A stretch of 55,321 bases of DNA, from positions 1 through 55,321 of IMG/VR virus record IMGVR_UViG_3300025000_000129. One strand, 5' to 3'. Origin of the DNA: a virus (lineage: Duplodnaviria; Caudoviricetes). The notes beneath the pieces were generated by a model. The model was not told the origin of the DNA and ran no database searches. It worked only from the letters and a program-made list of their open reading frames with translations. Both the position numbers and the translations under genes were made by a program. Positions 54,751 through 55,321 of this stretch are shown one piece after another. Each line of letters starts with the position of its first letter. The first letter of the stretch is position 1.

Positions 54751-54934
54751 TAGGCATCAACTCAATTTCATCGATACTGCGCCATTCGTCACAGTAGTCG
54801 GTAGTTATTGTTATATCTTTCCCACTAGGCTTTCCGAGTGGGAAGAATATGCCACTTACCCTATGCATCTCCCTTGTACCTTTATCTATAGCAAAAATCT
54901 CTTTCGAGATATAAAGTATCATACCTATCATCAA
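54737..54934 (-). CDS. Hypothetical protein between TerS and TerL
   Basis: ORF track; GGAG RBS. Confidence 0.5.
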   Translation of the reverse strand: MMIGMILYISKEIFAIDKGTREMHRVSGIFFPLGKPSGKDITITTDYCDEWRSIDEIELMPNVRT

Positions 54935-54937
54935 CTC

Positions 54938-55267
54938 CTAATCCTCATATTCATCTAGCCCGTCATCCTCTTCGACGGTGTTTTTGAGCCTTATTATATT
55001 CAACTTATTTACAATATTTGAATACGCCTCGCTCAGTCTGGCATACTCTTTTACTGCTGGAACTTGTTTTTGTAATTCAGGGAAATCCTTGTGAACCTTT
55101 ATCGTCCCGGAAGCTTCAATAGCCTCTTCCAACTCCACACACATGGAATGTAAAAAAGCCGCCTTCCGGATTAGACCGTCAGCAGCTTTGCGCGTGGAAT
55201 CGTCAGTTTCAGCGAAGAGCTCAGTCCATCTCGCAAGTTCTTTCGCAAGTTCCTCTTGTTTCGGCAT
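54938..55267 (-). CDS. terS: Terminase small subunit (P27-like)
   Basis: LI.KAAFL....ELEE.I...G......QK..PA.K.Y; acidic DDGLDEY end; upstream of terL. Confidence 0.75.
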   Translation of the reverse strand: MPKQEELAKELARWTELFAETDDSTRKAADGLIRKAAFLHSMCVELEEAIEASGTIKVHKDFPELQKQVPAVKEYARLSEAYSNIVNKLNIIRLKNTVEEDDGLDEYED

Positions 55268-55321
55268 TTTATTAAAAACCTCCAGAGAATTTCAAATTTT
55301 TCAGTGTGTGTGCTTCCTACC

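Larger units (their letters stand above)
1..55321. mobile_element. Complete or near-complete temperate siphophage genome (excised/virion form), probable Clostridia host
   Basis: Full modular gene set (packaging, head, non-contractile tail, lysis, integration, immunity, replication). attP is intact in mid-window, no host genes are seen, and HNH at the left end and TerS at the right end would be adjacent on circularisation. Confidence 0.95.

Noticed and set aside
42638-54958. Many long plus-strand ORFs opposite structural genes (e.g. 43205..43852, 48261..48905, 49163..49768)
   Set aside because: Antisense shadows of Ala/Thr-rich genes; no RBS or recognisable motifs

Overview
The window looks like one complete ~55 kb temperate siphophage genome of a Clostridia-like (Bacillota) host, in its excised form. 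attP is intact at ~31025-31075 and targets tRNA-Pro(CGG), and the sequence appears to be opened at or near a cos end. Most genes lie on the minus strand. Reading from 55321 downward: packaging (TerS, TerL, portal, protease, HK97-type capsid), neck and tail, a moron block with two type IV pilin-like genes, a deacetylase/CBM protein, a second XerC/D-like tyrosine recombinase, and lysis genes. Next come attP with the integrase and repressor (plus strand). The early region then carries Cro, Rha, two DNA methyltransferases, a PAPS-reductase-family protein, an SbcD-SbcC fusion, helicase, SSB, primase-helicase and an iteron origin, followed by a late activator, a second TerS-like gene and an HNH nuclease. 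The most striking unexplained structure is a family of 24-bp sites (8-bp arm / 8-bp spacer / 8-bp arm, inner arms near TTCGCAAT and ATTGCGAA). They bracket six gene cassettes at four loci, with one spacer class 5' of the cassette and a different class 3'. One cassette is fused in frame into a tail-region gene beside the XerC/D-like recombinase, whose leader has an antisense-RNA/RBS-sequestration switch. My inference is a phage-encoded, recombinase-mediated cassette-exchange (integron/pdif-like) system. Other highlights: phage-encoded pilins, a truncated tRNA-like RNA, and an ORF nested in an alternative frame inside the C5 methyltransferase. All product calls come from motif recognition by eye; no database searches were run.
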